Positions 17,009 through 27,178 are shown, numbered from the stretch's first letter. The stretch is 48,640 bases of DNA from an uncultured Candidatus Peribacteria bacterium (GCA_964521465.1 CAZFSD010000002.1:1-48640), one strand, 5' to 3'. The notes: generated by a model not told the origin, from the letters alone. Program-made: numbers and translations.

Positions 17009-17698
17009 TTATTTTTTCCAACCCTTTGCTGCGAGCGCGTTTTCGGCGGCGGATTCTTCGGCTTTTTGTTTGCTCGAGCCGAGGCCTTCGGCGATTTTTT
17101 CTTCTTTGATGTAGGCGGCGACGCGGAATTTTTTTTCGTGGTCGGGACCCATTTCTTCCAGAACTTCGTAATGAGGCGTGACACCGGTTTGCTCCTGGGC
17201 CATTTCCTGAAATGAAGATTTTGCGTCGATATGAAGACCTTTTTCAATAATCTGTTCGAGCTCTTTGATGATGTACTGATGAATGAAATTGTGCGCGGCC
17301 TGATAGCCTTGTTCGAGATAGATGGCACCGATGAGTGCCTCTACCGCGTTGGCGAGAATGTAGGGCTTTTCGCGACCTTTGCCTTTTTCTTCGCCTTTGC
17401 TGAGGAAAAGATATTTTCCGATGTCGAGCTCCTGCGCGACATTCGCAAGATTGTTGCCTTTCACGAGAGCAGAACGCCAGTTCGTCATTTCACCTTCATT
17501 GCTCTGGGGATATTTTTTGTAGAGATATTCCGTGACGATTAATTCCAAAACGGCGTCACCGAGAAATTCGAGTCGTTCATTATGGCCGCCTTTTTCGTTT
17601 TTATGTTCGTTCACATATGAACGATGAACAAAAGCGGTTTTGAGAAGCTTTTGATCCTTGAATGTGATACCGATTTTTTGTTCGAGAGAGCCGTACAT
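17009..17698 (-). CDS. rnc: ribonuclease III
   Basis: Signature NERLEFLGDAVLEL, the second catalytic block ANAVEALIGAIYL, and a C-terminal dsRBD (KSSFQEMAQE...GSSKQKAEESAAENAL). The start is at ATG 17698, not the 92-codon extension in the track. Confidence 0.9.
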   Translation of the reverse strand: MYGSLEQKIGITFKDQKLLKTAFVHRSYVNEHKNEKGGHNERLEFLGDAVLELIVTEYLYKKYPQSNEGEMTNWRSALVKGNNLANVAQELDIGKYLFLSKGEEKGKGREKPYILANAVEALIGAIYLEQGYQAAHNFIHQYIIKELEQIIEKGLHIDAKSSFQEMAQEQTGVTPHYEVLEEMGPDHEKKFRVAAYIKEEKIAEGLGSSKQKAEESAAENALAAKGWKK

Positions 17699-17729
17699 TG
17701 CAAGAGAGTGATTTAGTGGGTGGGAGTTT

Positions 17730-18182
17730 TTATTCTCCAACTGGCTTTCCTGTTTTGTGATCGCGATGGGTGCAATATTTTTTGAGCACTGCCGAAAGGA
17801 CGCCATTGACGAATTTCGGAGCGTTGAGATCACCGAAGGCTTTTGCCATTTCGATCGCTTCATTGATGGCAACAATCGGTGGAACATCGTCGGAATAGAC
17901 GATTTCATACACGCCCACTTCCATAATAGCACGATCCGTGGGAGCAATCTTCTCGAGAGGCCATTCGATGGCAAATTCTTTGATTTTTGTCGTGATGTCG
18001 GCGCGGTTTTTCAAAATACCGGCGAGTGTTTTTTTGGCGTACTCCTGCTCCTGTATCGCGCCTTCATCTTTTTCCAGAAGGCTTTCTTGGAGTATTTTGT
18101 CGACATCTCCGCCATTAAATTCATAGGCAAAAATCGCCTGCATGACAGCGACGCGTGCTTGATGGCGGGAGCGGGAGGACAT
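17730..18182 (-). CDS. nusB: transcription antitermination factor NusB
   Basis: 150 aa. SRHQARVAVMQAIFAYEF..., DRAIMEVGVYEI, and INEAIEMAKAFG. Confidence 0.9.
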   Translation of the reverse strand: MSSRSRHQARVAVMQAIFAYEFNGGDVDKILQESLLEKDEGAIQEQEYAKKTLAGILKNRADITTKIKEFAIEWPLEKIAPTDRAIMEVGVYEIVYSDDVPPIVAINEAIEMAKAFGDLNAPKFVNGVLSAVLKKYCTHRDHKTGKPVGE

Positions 18183-18418
18183 TAGACTTTCACTTTGGTG
18201 ATATTTTCTGCCTTTTTCGCTTTCTTGATCACCTCTTTATCACCATAAAAACCACATTCTGGGCAGACACGATGGTTCAATTTTGGCTGTTTGCAATGAG
18301 GGCAAGCAATGACCGGGGTCATGGCGAGGAGTTTCTTGCGAGCTGACTGTGCGAATACAAAATACTGCTTTTTGCCGCGGGATGCACTGCGTTTCTGTTT
18401 GGTTACTGGATGCTTCAT
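18182..18418 (-). CDS. rpmF: 50S ribosomal protein L32
   Basis: MKHPVTKQKRSASRGKKQ..., with the zinc ribbon CPHCKQPKLNHRVCPECG. The stop overlaps the nusB start (TAATG). Confidence 0.9.
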   Translation of the reverse strand: MKHPVTKQKRSASRGKKQYFVFAQSARKKLLAMTPVIACPHCKQPKLNHRVCPECGFYGDKEVIKKAKKAENITKVKV

Positions 18419-18424
18419 AAGGTT

Positions 18425-18952
18425 TTAAGAGAGTAAATTTTTGAGATCTTTGAATGGCTTTACTTCTTCCGGTTCTTCGTTTATTTCAGCTTCGTGACCA
18501 CAGTCCTTGTCATTCTTGTTCGCTCCACAGATATTGCAGAGCCCTTTGCACTTTGGTGAGCATATCGGAAAATCGGGAAAATGCAAGAGAATTTCCTGTC
18601 GGAGCATGTTCTCCATGTCTACTTCCATCAGCTTTGTATTGATCAAAAAGACATCATATTCATCTTCAATAACCTCTGGTGGATTTTCCAGAAACTCTCT
18701 TTCGATCCATTCGATATGCACATTTTCGTCCCAAGCCTTGAGACATCGAACACATTTCAGCTTCAAGCCCACATCGATATCTTTGGCCATGACGATGATG
18801 GTGTCTTCCAGCCTCATGAGTTCCAAGTCGAAGTCGATGGACATTTTTTCTCCACTGATTTCGATTTCAGCTTCGATATGATCTTTGATGCTGGCGCCAT
18901 TGTCTTGGCCTTTCAGCGATGCGATGTTGTAGACGAGGTTATTTTTTTTCAT
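18425..18952 (-). CDS. yceD: DUF177/YceD-family protein
   Basis: 175 aa, in the classical position upstream of rpmF. Contains CVRCL and a CSPKCKGLCNICGANKND cysteine cluster. Confidence 0.85.
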   Translation of the reverse strand: MKKNNLVYNIASLKGQDNGASIKDHIEAEIEISGEKMSIDFDLELMRLEDTIIVMAKDIDVGLKLKCVRCLKAWDENVHIEWIEREFLENPPEVIEDEYDVFLINTKLMEVDMENMLRQEILLHFPDFPICSPKCKGLCNICGANKNDKDCGHEAEINEEPEEVKPFKDLKNLLS

Positions 18953-18988
18953 AATCTTAAGTGGCGGCGTTCCGTTCTCGTTGCGGCT

Positions 18989-19669
18989 CTAATTGCGGCG
19001 AGTGGCATTGAGGAGGCGCAAAATATAGATGAAAAGATTAAAAATGTCGAGGTAGAGATTCAGTGCTGCATCGATGGGATGGGCGTATTGTTGATTTTTG
19101 ATCCGCTGAAAATCGTACATTGCATAACCGGAGAAGAGTATGACGCCTAAACCAGAAAAAACCATTTCGAAGGTGTTTCCCCATGGGACGAAAATACCGA
19201 TAAGTGAAACCACGATCATGCCGAGGAGCGCCGCCATGAGGAATCCTCGCATGCCGGCGAGGTTCCAGGAAGTCTTCCAGGCGAAGAGTCCCATCGCTAC
19301 AAAGGTGAGTGTCGTTGCGGCGAGAGCTTTGTAGATGATTTCACCACCGTTTAATTGGATCGTGATTGCGAGCAGTGGGGCGAGCGTGAGGCCCGTGAGG
19401 AAGGTGAAAAGTGCGAAAATGACATAACTTCCTGGAGGATTTCGTTTCCAGATATTTGCCGTAAGAACCAGGATGAGCTCGAGCGCAAAAATGCTGTAGA
19501 TGAGCCAGCGACTTTGGACAAAATATTGCATGGCGTATTCAAAACCGACATAGACCCCTACGGCTGATGCCGCGAGAGCAAGAGCAAAGAACGCCATGAC
19601 CTGACCAAAGAAGGTCATCTGCACTGGCATCGAAGGATTGTACTGCTGATGGATTGGAGCATTTTGCAT
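18989..19669 (-). CDS. BAX-inhibitor-1/YccA-family membrane protein
   Basis: Multi-pass hydrophobic ORF with the C-terminal family-like context YDFQRIKNQ...ALNLYLDIFNLFIYILRLL. The start is set at ATG 19669 (MQNAPIHQQ). Confidence 0.8.
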   Translation of the reverse strand: MQNAPIHQQYNPSMPVQMTFFGQVMAFFALALAASAVGVYVGFEYAMQYFVQSRWLIYSIFALELILVLTANIWKRNPPGSYVIFALFTFLTGLTLAPLLAITIQLNGGEIIYKALAATTLTFVAMGLFAWKTSWNLAGMRGFLMAALLGMIVVSLIGIFVPWGNTFEMVFSGLGVILFSGYAMYDFQRIKNQQYAHPIDAALNLYLDIFNLFIYILRLLNATRRN

Positions 19670-19722
19670 AAGGAGTAGGATTATGAAATGGTGAAGATTT
19701 GATAATTTTTGGTGGCGAGCTT

Positions 19723-20175
19723 CTATTCTACCATACTTGCTGTCGACCATTTGAATCGGAAAGGGTGCACTATTTCTACCCCATCCTTTCTCACTCTTGC
19801 AATGATTTTGAAGAAATATCCTGATCCCAAAGGATACTCTGCGATGAGCGATACTTCCAGCACTCTTTTTCTTCCTCTTGTTTCAAAAACATGCTGCCAT
19901 GATGCAATGCTGTCTCTTATATCTTTTTGCACTTTCGGATTCAGATCATCCCAGCAAGAAGGTTTATATTTCTCTCTTTTTACCGGATCGATGATGACTG
20001 TTTTTCCGCCACCGCATGTTGGAACCATCTCTGTCATGACTCTTCTTCTTGTCAGAATCTTCACTATTTGGAGTTCTTGTGATGTATGTCCCGGCAGGCA
20101 ATCTCGATTCCCGGCGCTCACTTCCCTTATTTCACCACCATCTTCGACTTCTCTTGGGGGAGCTTTTTGCATCAT
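19723..20175 (-). CDS. hypothetical protein translationally coupled to pdxT
   Basis: 150 aa from MMQKAPPREVEDGG. Its ATG overlaps the pdxT stop (ATGA). I recognise no family. Confidence 0.5.
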   Translation of the reverse strand: MMQKAPPREVEDGGEIREVSAGNRDCLPGHTSQELQIVKILTRRRVMTEMVPTCGGGKTVIIDPVKREKYKPSCWDDLNPKVQKDIRDSIASWQHVFETRGRKRVLEVSLIAEYPLGSGYFFKIIARVRKDGVEIVHPFRFKWSTASMVE

Positions 20176-20804
20176 AATGACTGGAGGAAATACTGATGAA
20201 AAATTGTCGTCGTCATTTCTGGATGAAAACAAATGGCAATATATTTTTTCGTCGTTTTCTCTTGTTGATCTTGAACCGTTTCTTCGCATGCAATGATTCG
20301 ATTTTCGTATTTTGCCAGGGTGCGCACATTTTTTCCGATGGTCATTATGTGGGGAGCGCGAATAAATACAGCATCGATGGAATGTTTCTTTTTTTCGGGA
20401 AGCTCGACCACGATACGAGTTTCAAATGAATCATTTTGCCTCCCGTAAGCGTTGCGATCAACTTCGATATCCATGAGGCCCAGTGTTTTTTGGCCGATTT
20501 CAGCGTGCTGGATTTTTTTTGCGAGCATGATAGCACCGGCACATGTCCCCAGAATGACGGGAACCTTTTTGATTTCCTCCATCATATCTTCACGCTCGCA
20601 GAGTTTGTGAAGGACGGTACTTTCTCCGCCGGGGATCATGAGACCTCTGAGGTCTTTCAAATCCTCGCGCGTGCGAACTTCGACGATGTCATAACGAATG
20701 CTTTTATTCTTCTGCAAAATATTTGCGGCTTTTTGCGTCGCTTGGATATGTTCGATGACTCCACCCTGAAGAGCGAGAATTCCGACTTTGAGAATGTGTG
20801 ACAT
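20172..20804 (-). CDS. pdxT: pyridoxal 5'-phosphate synthase glutaminase subunit
   Basis: VGILALQGGVIEH, LMIPGGESTV, and active-site Cys in ILGTCAGAIMLA. It lies downstream of pdxS. Confidence 0.9.
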   Translation of the reverse strand: MSHILKVGILALQGGVIEHIQATQKAANILQKNKSIRYDIVEVRTREDLKDLRGLMIPGGESTVLHKLCEREDMMEEIKKVPVILGTCAGAIMLAKKIQHAEIGQKTLGLMDIEVDRNAYGRQNDSFETRIVVELPEKKKHSIDAVFIRAPHIMTIGKNVRTLAKYENRIIACEETVQDQQEKTTKKYIAICFHPEMTTTIFHQYFLQSL

Positions 20805-20856
20805 GTTTGTGCTCGAAGGGAGTATAACTTTTAAACAACCTCTTCATTTCTTCACT

Positions 20857-21723
20857 TTAATTTCCTCGCTCCGCGAGCTTCACTTCCAAGCTCTTCATTT
20901 CAAGACCCTTCATTGGATCGCCGAGACCGCGGCTGACTTGTGCGATTTTTTTGGCATCTTTGAAATGAGCGACAGCGTCGACGACGGCGCGGGCGACTTT
21001 TTCTGGATTTTCACTTTTGAAAATTCCGGATCCAACAAAAACTCCATCAACGCCGAGCTGCATACAGAGTGCTGCATCTGCTGGCGTGGCAATCCCTCCT
21101 GCGGCAAAATTCACGACGGGAAGGCGGCCGAGTTGAATAACTCTTTTTACGAGCTCGAGTGGAACGCGATACTCTTTCGCTTTTTGCGCGGCATTTTTTG
21201 GTGTGAGTGCGGCGATTTCACTGTTGATGGTGCGAATGTGACGGACGGCCTCAACGATGTTTCCGGTGCCTGCTTCTCCTTTACTGCGAATCATGGCTGC
21301 ACCTTCGTTGATGCGTCGGAGGGCTTCTCCGAGATTTCGTGCACCACAGACGAATGGCGCTTTGAAATTTCTTTTATCAACATGGAACTGTTCATCTGCC
21401 GGGGTGAGCACTTCACTTTCGTCGATGAAGTCGACTTCGAGAGCTTCCAAAATTTGCGCTTCGACAAAGTGTCCAATGCGGCATTTTGCCATGACGGGGA
21501 TCGTGACCGCTTTCTGGATTTCGAGAATTTTTTCTGGATCGGACATACGGGCAACGCCACCCTGGGCGCGAATGTCTGCTGGTACGCGTTCGAGTGCCAT
21601 GACGGAAACAGCACCAACTTTCTCTGCAATTTTCGCCTGCTGTGCGTTTGTTACATCCATAATGACGCCTCCCTTGAGCATCTGCGCGAGACCGGACTTA
21701 AGTGTCTTTGTTCCTTTTTTCAT
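20857..21723 (-). CDS. pdxS: pyridoxal 5'-phosphate synthase lyase subunit
   Basis: [45 protein letters not shown], then [30 protein letters not shown]. Confidence 0.95.
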   Translation of the reverse strand: MKKGTKTLKSGLAQMLKGGVIMDVTNAQQAKIAEKVGAVSVMALERVPADIRAQGGVARMSDPEKILEIQKAVTIPVMAKCRIGHFVEAQILEALEVDFIDESEVLTPADEQFHVDKRNFKAPFVCGARNLGEALRRINEGAAMIRSKGEAGTGNIVEAVRHIRTINSEIAALTPKNAAQKAKEYRVPLELVKRVIQLGRLPVVNFAAGGIATPADAALCMQLGVDGVFVGSGIFKSENPEKVARAVVDAVAHFKDAKKIAQVSRGLGDPMKGLEMKSLEVKLAERGN

Positions 21724-21851
21724 GAGACTGAAATTTAGAGTATAGAGCTTGAGATTGAGACCTTCATTCTCCTTCTCTGAGCGCGCATACTATAGAGGAA
21801 ATTCGAAAATGTTTGCAAGATTTCTTCTTTTCCGGGGATAATAATTCCATT

Positions 21852-22967
21852 ATGGCTTTGACCTGGATTGAAATTTCACAGACGGCACTCCGGCATAACA
21901 TTTCTGTTTTTCGCTCGTTTCTGGGAAAAACAGCTCTTTGTGTTGCGGTAAAAGGGAATGCGTATGGCCACGGTCTCGCGACTACCGCACCCATGTTTGA
22001 TGCGGCCGGTGTTGAATTTTTGGGGGTTCATAGTATTGAAGAGGCTGCGATTATTCGTGGTCTTGGTATTCAGCGACCGATTTATATTCTTGGCGCCGTG
22101 GAATTGAACGATATTGAGCGAGCTTGCGAACTTGGCTGTTCTCTCGTCGTTTATCGCCATGAGACTGTCGAAAAAATTGCTTCTTGTGCAAAAAAAATGA
22201 ACAAGAAAATGAGTGTGCATGTCAAAGTTGAGACAGGAAATCATCGACAAGGCCTTCATCCGGAAGAAATTCTTTCATTTTGCAAATTCATTCTTGCTCA
22301 AGAGAATCTCGTTTTAGAAGGCCTGACTACTCACTTCTCCAATATCGAGGACACTACGGATGATTCCTATGCTCAGCACCAGATCGAAGTGTTCAAAAAA
22401 GTTATTCTTGATCTGAATACAAATGCTATTCATATTCCATTTCTTCACGCGGCAAATACTGCCGGAACTCTTCTCTATCCTGCTTCACATTTCACTATGG
22501 CTCGGGTCGGCATTGGCGCCTACGGACTTTCTCCTTCTGAGAGCACTTCCGATCTTTTGAATACAAAAAATATTCAACTTCGACCTCTTCTTACCTGGAA
22601 AGCAAAAATTGCACAAATCAAACATATTCGTGCCGGCGCCCTTGTAGGCTATGGGTGTACCTACAAAACCGAGCGGCCAACGAAACTTGCAATACTTCCT
22701 GTTGGTTATTTCGATGGATATGATCGTCGATTCTCCAACCGCGCTCATGTCATGATTCGCGGCATGCCTGCACCAGTACGAGGACGAGTGTGTATGAATA
22801 ACATCATGATCGACGTGACGGATATTCCTGATATTTCTTATGATGATGTCGTGACGCTTCTGGGTGAAGGAATTTCGGCCGACATGCTGGCAAATTTTGC
22901 GGAGACGATTCATTGGGAAATCGTGACAAGACTTGCGGAACATATTCCGCGAATTGCCGTCACCTGA
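21852..22967 (+). CDS. alr: alanine racemase
   Basis: PLP-lysine motif VAVKGNAYGHG, then MARVGIGAYGLSP and GYGCTY. The start is at ATG 21852 (MALTWIEIS). Confidence 0.9.
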   Translation: MALTWIEISQTALRHNISVFRSFLGKTALCVAVKGNAYGHGLATTAPMFDAAGVEFLGVHSIEEAAIIRGLGIQRPIYILGAVELNDIERACELGCSLVVYRHETVEKIASCAKKMNKKMSVHVKVETGNHRQGLHPEEILSFCKFILAQENLVLEGLTTHFSNIEDTTDDSYAQHQIEVFKKVILDLNTNAIHIPFLHAANTAGTLLYPASHFTMARVGIGAYGLSPSESTSDLLNTKNIQLRPLLTWKAKIAQIKHIRAGALVGYGCTYKTERPTKLAILPVGYFDGYDRRFSNRAHVMIRGMPAPVRGRVCMNNIMIDVTDIPDISYDDVVTLLGEGISADMLANFAETIHWEIVTRLAEHIPRIAVT

Positions 22968-23031
22968 CCCTGAGGGCACCCCGGACACTCTGTGCTACTT
23001 CGGTCCGGCCCTGAGGGCACCCCGGACACTC
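22968..23031. repeat. perfect 23-nt direct repeat, two copies 41 nt apart
   Basis: CCCTGAGGGCACCCCGGACACTC occurs at 22968-22990 and again at 23009-23031. Copy 1 starts immediately after the alr stop codon. CCGGAC (22981-22986) and GTCCGG (23003-23008) can pair. Confidence 0.85.
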
Positions 23032-23147
23032 CACTGCGTTTCGAAATATTTAAAATTCCTGTAAATCTTTTTCATTTTCTTTTCCTGTCTTCTTGGTCGC
23101 TTTCACGGCTGCGTTGTGGTAAAAAGAGTTGGTCTTATTTTTTTATT

Positions 23148-24398
23148 ATGGGATTTTTTTCTGGACGATTTCGACGAAAGGGCAATTATTATCTCGCTCT
23201 TGATATTGGAACGGATGTGGTGAAAGCCCTGGTTTGTAGCAGCGAGGGCGTCAAAGGAAGGATTTTGGGCGTGGGACGCGTACGACAGAAACTTGGAGAC
23301 ATGCAAAACGGCGTGGTACTCGATATTCATTCCGTGATTCAAAATTGTCAGGGCGCGATTGCGCAGGCAGAGAAAATGGCGGGTGTTCGAACTTCTCAAA
23401 TGGTCATCGGCATTGCCGGTGAACTCGTCAAAGGCGCCACCATGACTACAAGTTATACTCGCCGCGATCCTGACATGAAGATCGATCTTGCTGAACTCAA
23501 AAACATTATCCACAAAGTTGAGTGGAAAGCTTTTGACCATGTTCGCTCTCAACTCGCCTACGAAACAGGCTACAATGAAATTGATGTCAAATTGGTGAAT
23601 GCAGCCATTCTTGATGTTCGCATCGACGGCTATCGCGTCAATAATCCCATCGGATTTCAGGGTCGCGAAGTAGTGATGAGCGTTTTCAATGCCTTTGCTC
23701 CGCTCGTGCATTTCGGCGCCTTGCAAACAATTGCGGCGGAGCTTGACCGTGAACTTCTCACGATTCTTGCTGAGCCGTATGCTCTGAGTCGATGCTTGAA
23801 AGAAGAGGAAGGTGGCGTAAACACCAATGCTATTTTTATTGATATTGGTGGTGGAACCACGGATATCGCCGTTGTTCGCAATGGTCGTGTCGAGGGAACA
23901 AAGATGTTCACGCTCGGTGGACGAACTTTTAGCAAACGCCTTTCACACGCGCTCAATATCTCTTTTCCCGAGGCGGAGGAAGTGAAACTTGCCTATTCTT
24001 TTGACTCCCTCGAAAAGCACTCTCAACGCGTTGTTCGTGAGGCTATGCGCGGCGACAGTGAAGTTTGGCTGAGTGGCATCCTTCTCACGCTTTCTGAATT
24101 CGAACTTGATTCTCTGCCGGCGCGTATTCTGCTCTGCGGAGGCGGATCAAAACTTCCTGAAATTCGAGAGTCGCTCGATACCCGCGAATGGATCAAAAAC
24201 CTCCCTTTCCCAAAAAAACCGCAGATTGATTTCCTCTACCCAAAAATGATTGCAGACCTTGTAGATGAAACCCGGAGCCTCCAGGAAATTGATGATGCCA
24301 CTCCTCTGGCTCTCGCTCACATGGCTCTGGATTTTGTTGGTGAAGAACATGTTCTGACCTCGCTTCTCAAAAAAGTTGTTCGCCTCATGGAAATTTAG
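23148..24398 (+). CDS. FtsA-like actin-family ATPase
   Basis: Phosphate-1 LALDIGTDVVKALV, phosphate-2 IFIDIGGGTTDIAVV, FPEAEEVKLAY, LLCGGGSKLPEI, and an amphipathic C-terminal end. The start is at ATG 23148. No ftsZ follows. Confidence 0.75.
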   Translation: MGFFSGRFRRKGNYYLALDIGTDVVKALVCSSEGVKGRILGVGRVRQKLGDMQNGVVLDIHSVIQNCQGAIAQAEKMAGVRTSQMVIGIAGELVKGATMTTSYTRRDPDMKIDLAELKNIIHKVEWKAFDHVRSQLAYETGYNEIDVKLVNAAILDVRIDGYRVNNPIGFQGREVVMSVFNAFAPLVHFGALQTIAAELDRELLTILAEPYALSRCLKEEEGGVNTNAIFIDIGGGTTDIAVVRNGRVEGTKMFTLGGRTFSKRLSHALNISFPEAEEVKLAYSFDSLEKHSQRVVREAMRGDSEVWLSGILLTLSEFELDSLPARILLCGGGSKLPEIRESLDTREWIKNLPFPKKPQIDFLYPKMIADLVDETRSLQEIDDATPLALAHMALDFVGEEHVLTSLLKKVVRLMEI

Positions 24399-24422
24399 CA
24401 TCTCCTTTTCTCCTCACTCTCT

Positions 24423-26198
24423 ATGGTTGAAAAAAAAGAAAAAATCGAACAAGGCGGTACCGCCGAACATCTCCTCAAGTCGATTGCGGTGAGTAGTCGA
24501 AAAATCGTCTACTGCGAAATCGATGATGAAGTGACGATGATTTTTGATCGACTCAAACAGCTCAAGATTAAAGATATCTATCTTATTGTTCCGCGACAGG
24601 CGGTGATCTTTCAAAGCCTTATTAATTTGAAAATTTTGAAGAGAAAAATCGAGGAAATTGGGAAAAATCTTCACATCATTACGAACGACAAAAATGGCAT
24701 TCATCTCACCTCTCAGGTGGGCATTCCCGTCTATGAAAAGATTCAAACGAGCAAATCGTCAAAGCCTACGGAAAGCGATGAAATGCGCATCACTCCTCTG
24801 AAAGCCACGATCAATGCTCTTCGTGACGAACGCCCGACGCGACGACGAGAAAAAAAGGTTTCTATTGGAGAACTTCTCGAGCGAGGGCGAAGGAAAAAGA
24901 TTCCACTCTTGAAGTCATTTGATTTTCTGCAGCGAAAAAAGGATCTGGCGTCTGAACTGAAAAATGAAACCAAACTCATTCTCGTGACGCCCAATCGACG
25001 GGGACTCTTTGCTCTCGTCGGCGTCAGCACGGCACTCCTTCTGGTTATTTTCTATATTGCCCTTCCCGGCGTTACGCTCACCTTGACGCCGAAATCGAAT
25101 GTCCTTGAACAATCCACGAATATCGTTCTTGCTGACTACGAATCACATCGAGGAAGCTTCCAGAAGCCGGACAGCAAGATGATCGCCTCTTATCCGCTGG
25201 AAATTACCGTTCATAAAACTTTTAATTTTGTACCGACCGGAAAAATTTTCCAAGGAAGTAACGCTTCTGGCACTCTCACGATTACCAATACTCGCAATTC
25301 TCCATGGCAACTCCTCCCGAAAACGCGTTTTCAAACTCAGGATGGCGTTATCTTCCGCATTGGGAGCGCCCTCACCGTTCCCGCTTCAGGAAGTCTCGAG
25401 GCTCAAGTTACGGCTGATCCTTTTGATGCGTATGGTCAGCCAACGGGTGATCGTGGCAACATCAAGCCTTCACGCCTCTTCTTGCCGGGACTTTCTCCGG
25501 AAAATCAAAAACTCCTTTTTGCTGAAAATAAATTGGCTTTTACGGGCGGATCAACTGCTGTGCAAAAACAGGTTCTTCCAGTGGACATTAAAACTGCTCT
25601 CGACCAGATGAAGAAAGATCTTCAAGACTCCGCGGTTCATGAACTTCAGAAAGCCCTTGATGCCAAAGCAGGCCTCCTCGGAAAAAATATTCGCCCAACA
25701 CTCCTCAAGGGAAATGGCACTTATACTACTTCTGAACCAGTGATCACGATTCCACCGGATATTTCCGGTAAGACGCTCGATCAGTTTCTCGTCACGGGAG
25801 ACATGAAAGTACGAGGACTTTATTTTGATTACCATGAGCTCCTCTCTCTTCTAAAAAAAGAAATTCAGGGCAAACAAAACCCTCAAAAAAAGATTTCCAA
25901 GATTGATGAAGAATCAACAACTTATCGCATCTTCGATACTGATGATTCTGGAAAGGTATTAAAGGTGACTGCCACCATGAAGGCTATCGAGGTCTACAAT
26001 ATCGACCTCTCCAAGCCTTCGGGCGAGAGACTGATCGAAAACATCAAAGACAATGTCTCTGGAAAAAGACTCGAAGATGCGAAAAATTACATCATCAATC
26101 TTCCGGAAGTTGCGGGTGTTGAAATTCAAAGTTGGCCGGCATGGGCTCCAACGATTCCAACGATTCCTGACAATATTGATGTGGTCATTCGAGACTAA
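24423..26198 (+). CDS. hypothetical single-pass membrane protein (591 aa)
   Basis: Roughly 190-aa cytoplasmic N-terminal domain, TM segment GLFALVGVSTALLLVIFYIALPGV, and a large beta-rich ectodomain. It vaguely resembles CPR proteins annotated as baseplate-J-like, but I cannot verify that. Confidence 0.55.
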   Translation: MVEKKEKIEQGGTAEHLLKSIAVSSRKIVYCEIDDEVTMIFDRLKQLKIKDIYLIVPRQAVIFQSLINLKILKRKIEEIGKNLHIITNDKNGIHLTSQVGIPVYEKIQTSKSSKPTESDEMRITPLKATINALRDERPTRRREKKVSIGELLERGRRKKIPLLKSFDFLQRKKDLASELKNETKLILVTPNRRGLFALVGVSTALLLVIFYIALPGVTLTLTPKSNVLEQSTNIVLADYESHRGSFQKPDSKMIASYPLEITVHKTFNFVPTGKIFQGSNASGTLTITNTRNSPWQLLPKTRFQTQDGVIFRIGSALTVPASGSLEAQVTADPFDAYGQPTGDRGNIKPSRLFLPGLSPENQKLLFAENKLAFTGGSTAVQKQVLPVDIKTALDQMKKDLQDSAVHELQKALDAKAGLLGKNIRPTLLKGNGTYTTSEPVITIPPDISGKTLDQFLVTGDMKVRGLYFDYHELLSLLKKEIQGKQNPQKKISKIDEESTTYRIFDTDDSGKVLKVTATMKAIEVYNIDLSKPSGERLIENIKDNVSGKRLEDAKNYIINLPEVAGVEIQSWPAWAPTIPTIPDNIDVVIRD

Positions 26199-26236
26199 AT
26201 TGTTTATCATACTTCTGTTCTTAACTTTTCCTCCTC

Positions 26237-27178
26237 ATGATTTCTCCAAAACGCTTCTTTGCTTCTTTCATTCTTTTGGTTCTCAGTGGTCTGACGGTTT
26301 TTGGTCTTCAGATCACCGGAGCTGCAACTTTTCCAACGCAAAATCCTCCATCTGGTAACATCGCTCCACAGTTTTCGAGTGTGGATACTACGGGAAATGT
26401 GACCGTTGGTGGCAATGTTCGCGTGGGTGACAAAATTCAGCCAAAGAGCGGGACAACCCTGAGTATCGATACCGTCGGCACCAACACTCATGGCAGCACT
26501 AATTTTACTGGAAGTATCGATATCAAAGACAATGCTACGATTCAGGGAGCTGCGACCGTTTCCGGTCTTACGACACTTCAGGCCACGAAAATTGGGGGCG
26601 ATATCACCCCTATAGACCCTGACGGAACACTCAATGTGCTCGGAAAATTTGCGGCGACGGATGGAAATTTCGCGACAAGCCTCAATCTGGGACCTGATAT
26701 CATGCTCACTCGTGGCGGCACTGCCGGCAATCAGCTGACTTTCTCTTTCAATGATGTGGATACCTGCCAGCCAGGACAGGATTGCCCGGTAGGAAGCATC
26801 GTCAAAGGCTCCATCAATGTCAAAAGTCCTTTGTCAGCCACTTCTCTCTATGGTGTGAACGGCATCACGGGATCGAAGATCGGAAAGTTCTCTCTCGTAG
26901 GCAACAACATACAAATTGTGTCGCCTCCAAAGCCACCTGTTGGTCAGTCACCAAATCCTGAAAAAACTGCGGTGGTTGCGGTCTGCCCTGCAAATTCTAT
27001 TGCTATTGCCTGCAGTGGCTATCTCGATACTCCACTGCCTTCTGATCAGTATCTTGGATCCCCTCTCTTTACACTCGGCGTCAATGTTTGCGTCTCGAGT
27101 GCGCAGAGAAATGTCATTTCGAACCAAGCAACATTTATCAATGCGGTTGCCACCTGTTTCGATCCGACGGCCAATTAA
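26237..27178 (+). CDS. secreted or surface protein, Gly/Thr/Asn-rich with a Cys-rich C-terminus
   Basis: Signal or anchor segment FFASFILLVLSGLTVFG. The body is a repetitive GxxxV/T-rich beta-type sequence. The C-terminal cysteines are VCPANSIAIACSGY...VNVCVSS...VATCFDP. Confidence 0.55.
   Translation: MISPKRFFASFILLVLSGLTVFGLQITGAATFPTQNPPSGNIAPQFSSVDTTGNVTVGGNVRVGDKIQPKSGTTLSIDTVGTNTHGSTNFTGSIDIKDNATIQGAATVSGLTTLQATKIGGDITPIDPDGTLNVLGKFAATDGNFATSLNLGPDIMLTRGGTAGNQLTFSFNDVDTCQPGQDCPVGSIVKGSINVKSPLSATSLYGVNGITGSKIGKFSLVGNNIQIVSPPKPPVGQSPNPEKTAVVAVCPANSIAIACSGYLDTPLPSDQYLGSPLFTLGVNVCVSSAQRNVISNQATFINAVATCFDPTAN

Noticed and set aside
17699-17974. 92-codon N-terminal extension of RNase III that overlaps nusB.
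   Set aside because: It overlaps the well-supported nusB coding region in another frame, and the RNase III domain starts normally at MYGSLEQKIG.
22968-23031. Possible mini-CRISPR array associated with the Cas12a gene.
   Set aside because: There are only two 23-nt copies with an 18-nt spacer, about 19 kb from cas12a, and no TCTACT...GTAGAT-type repeat hairpin. My by-eye scan for TCTACT/GTAGAT-type hairpins on both strands found no multi-copy repeat-spacer structure in the window.
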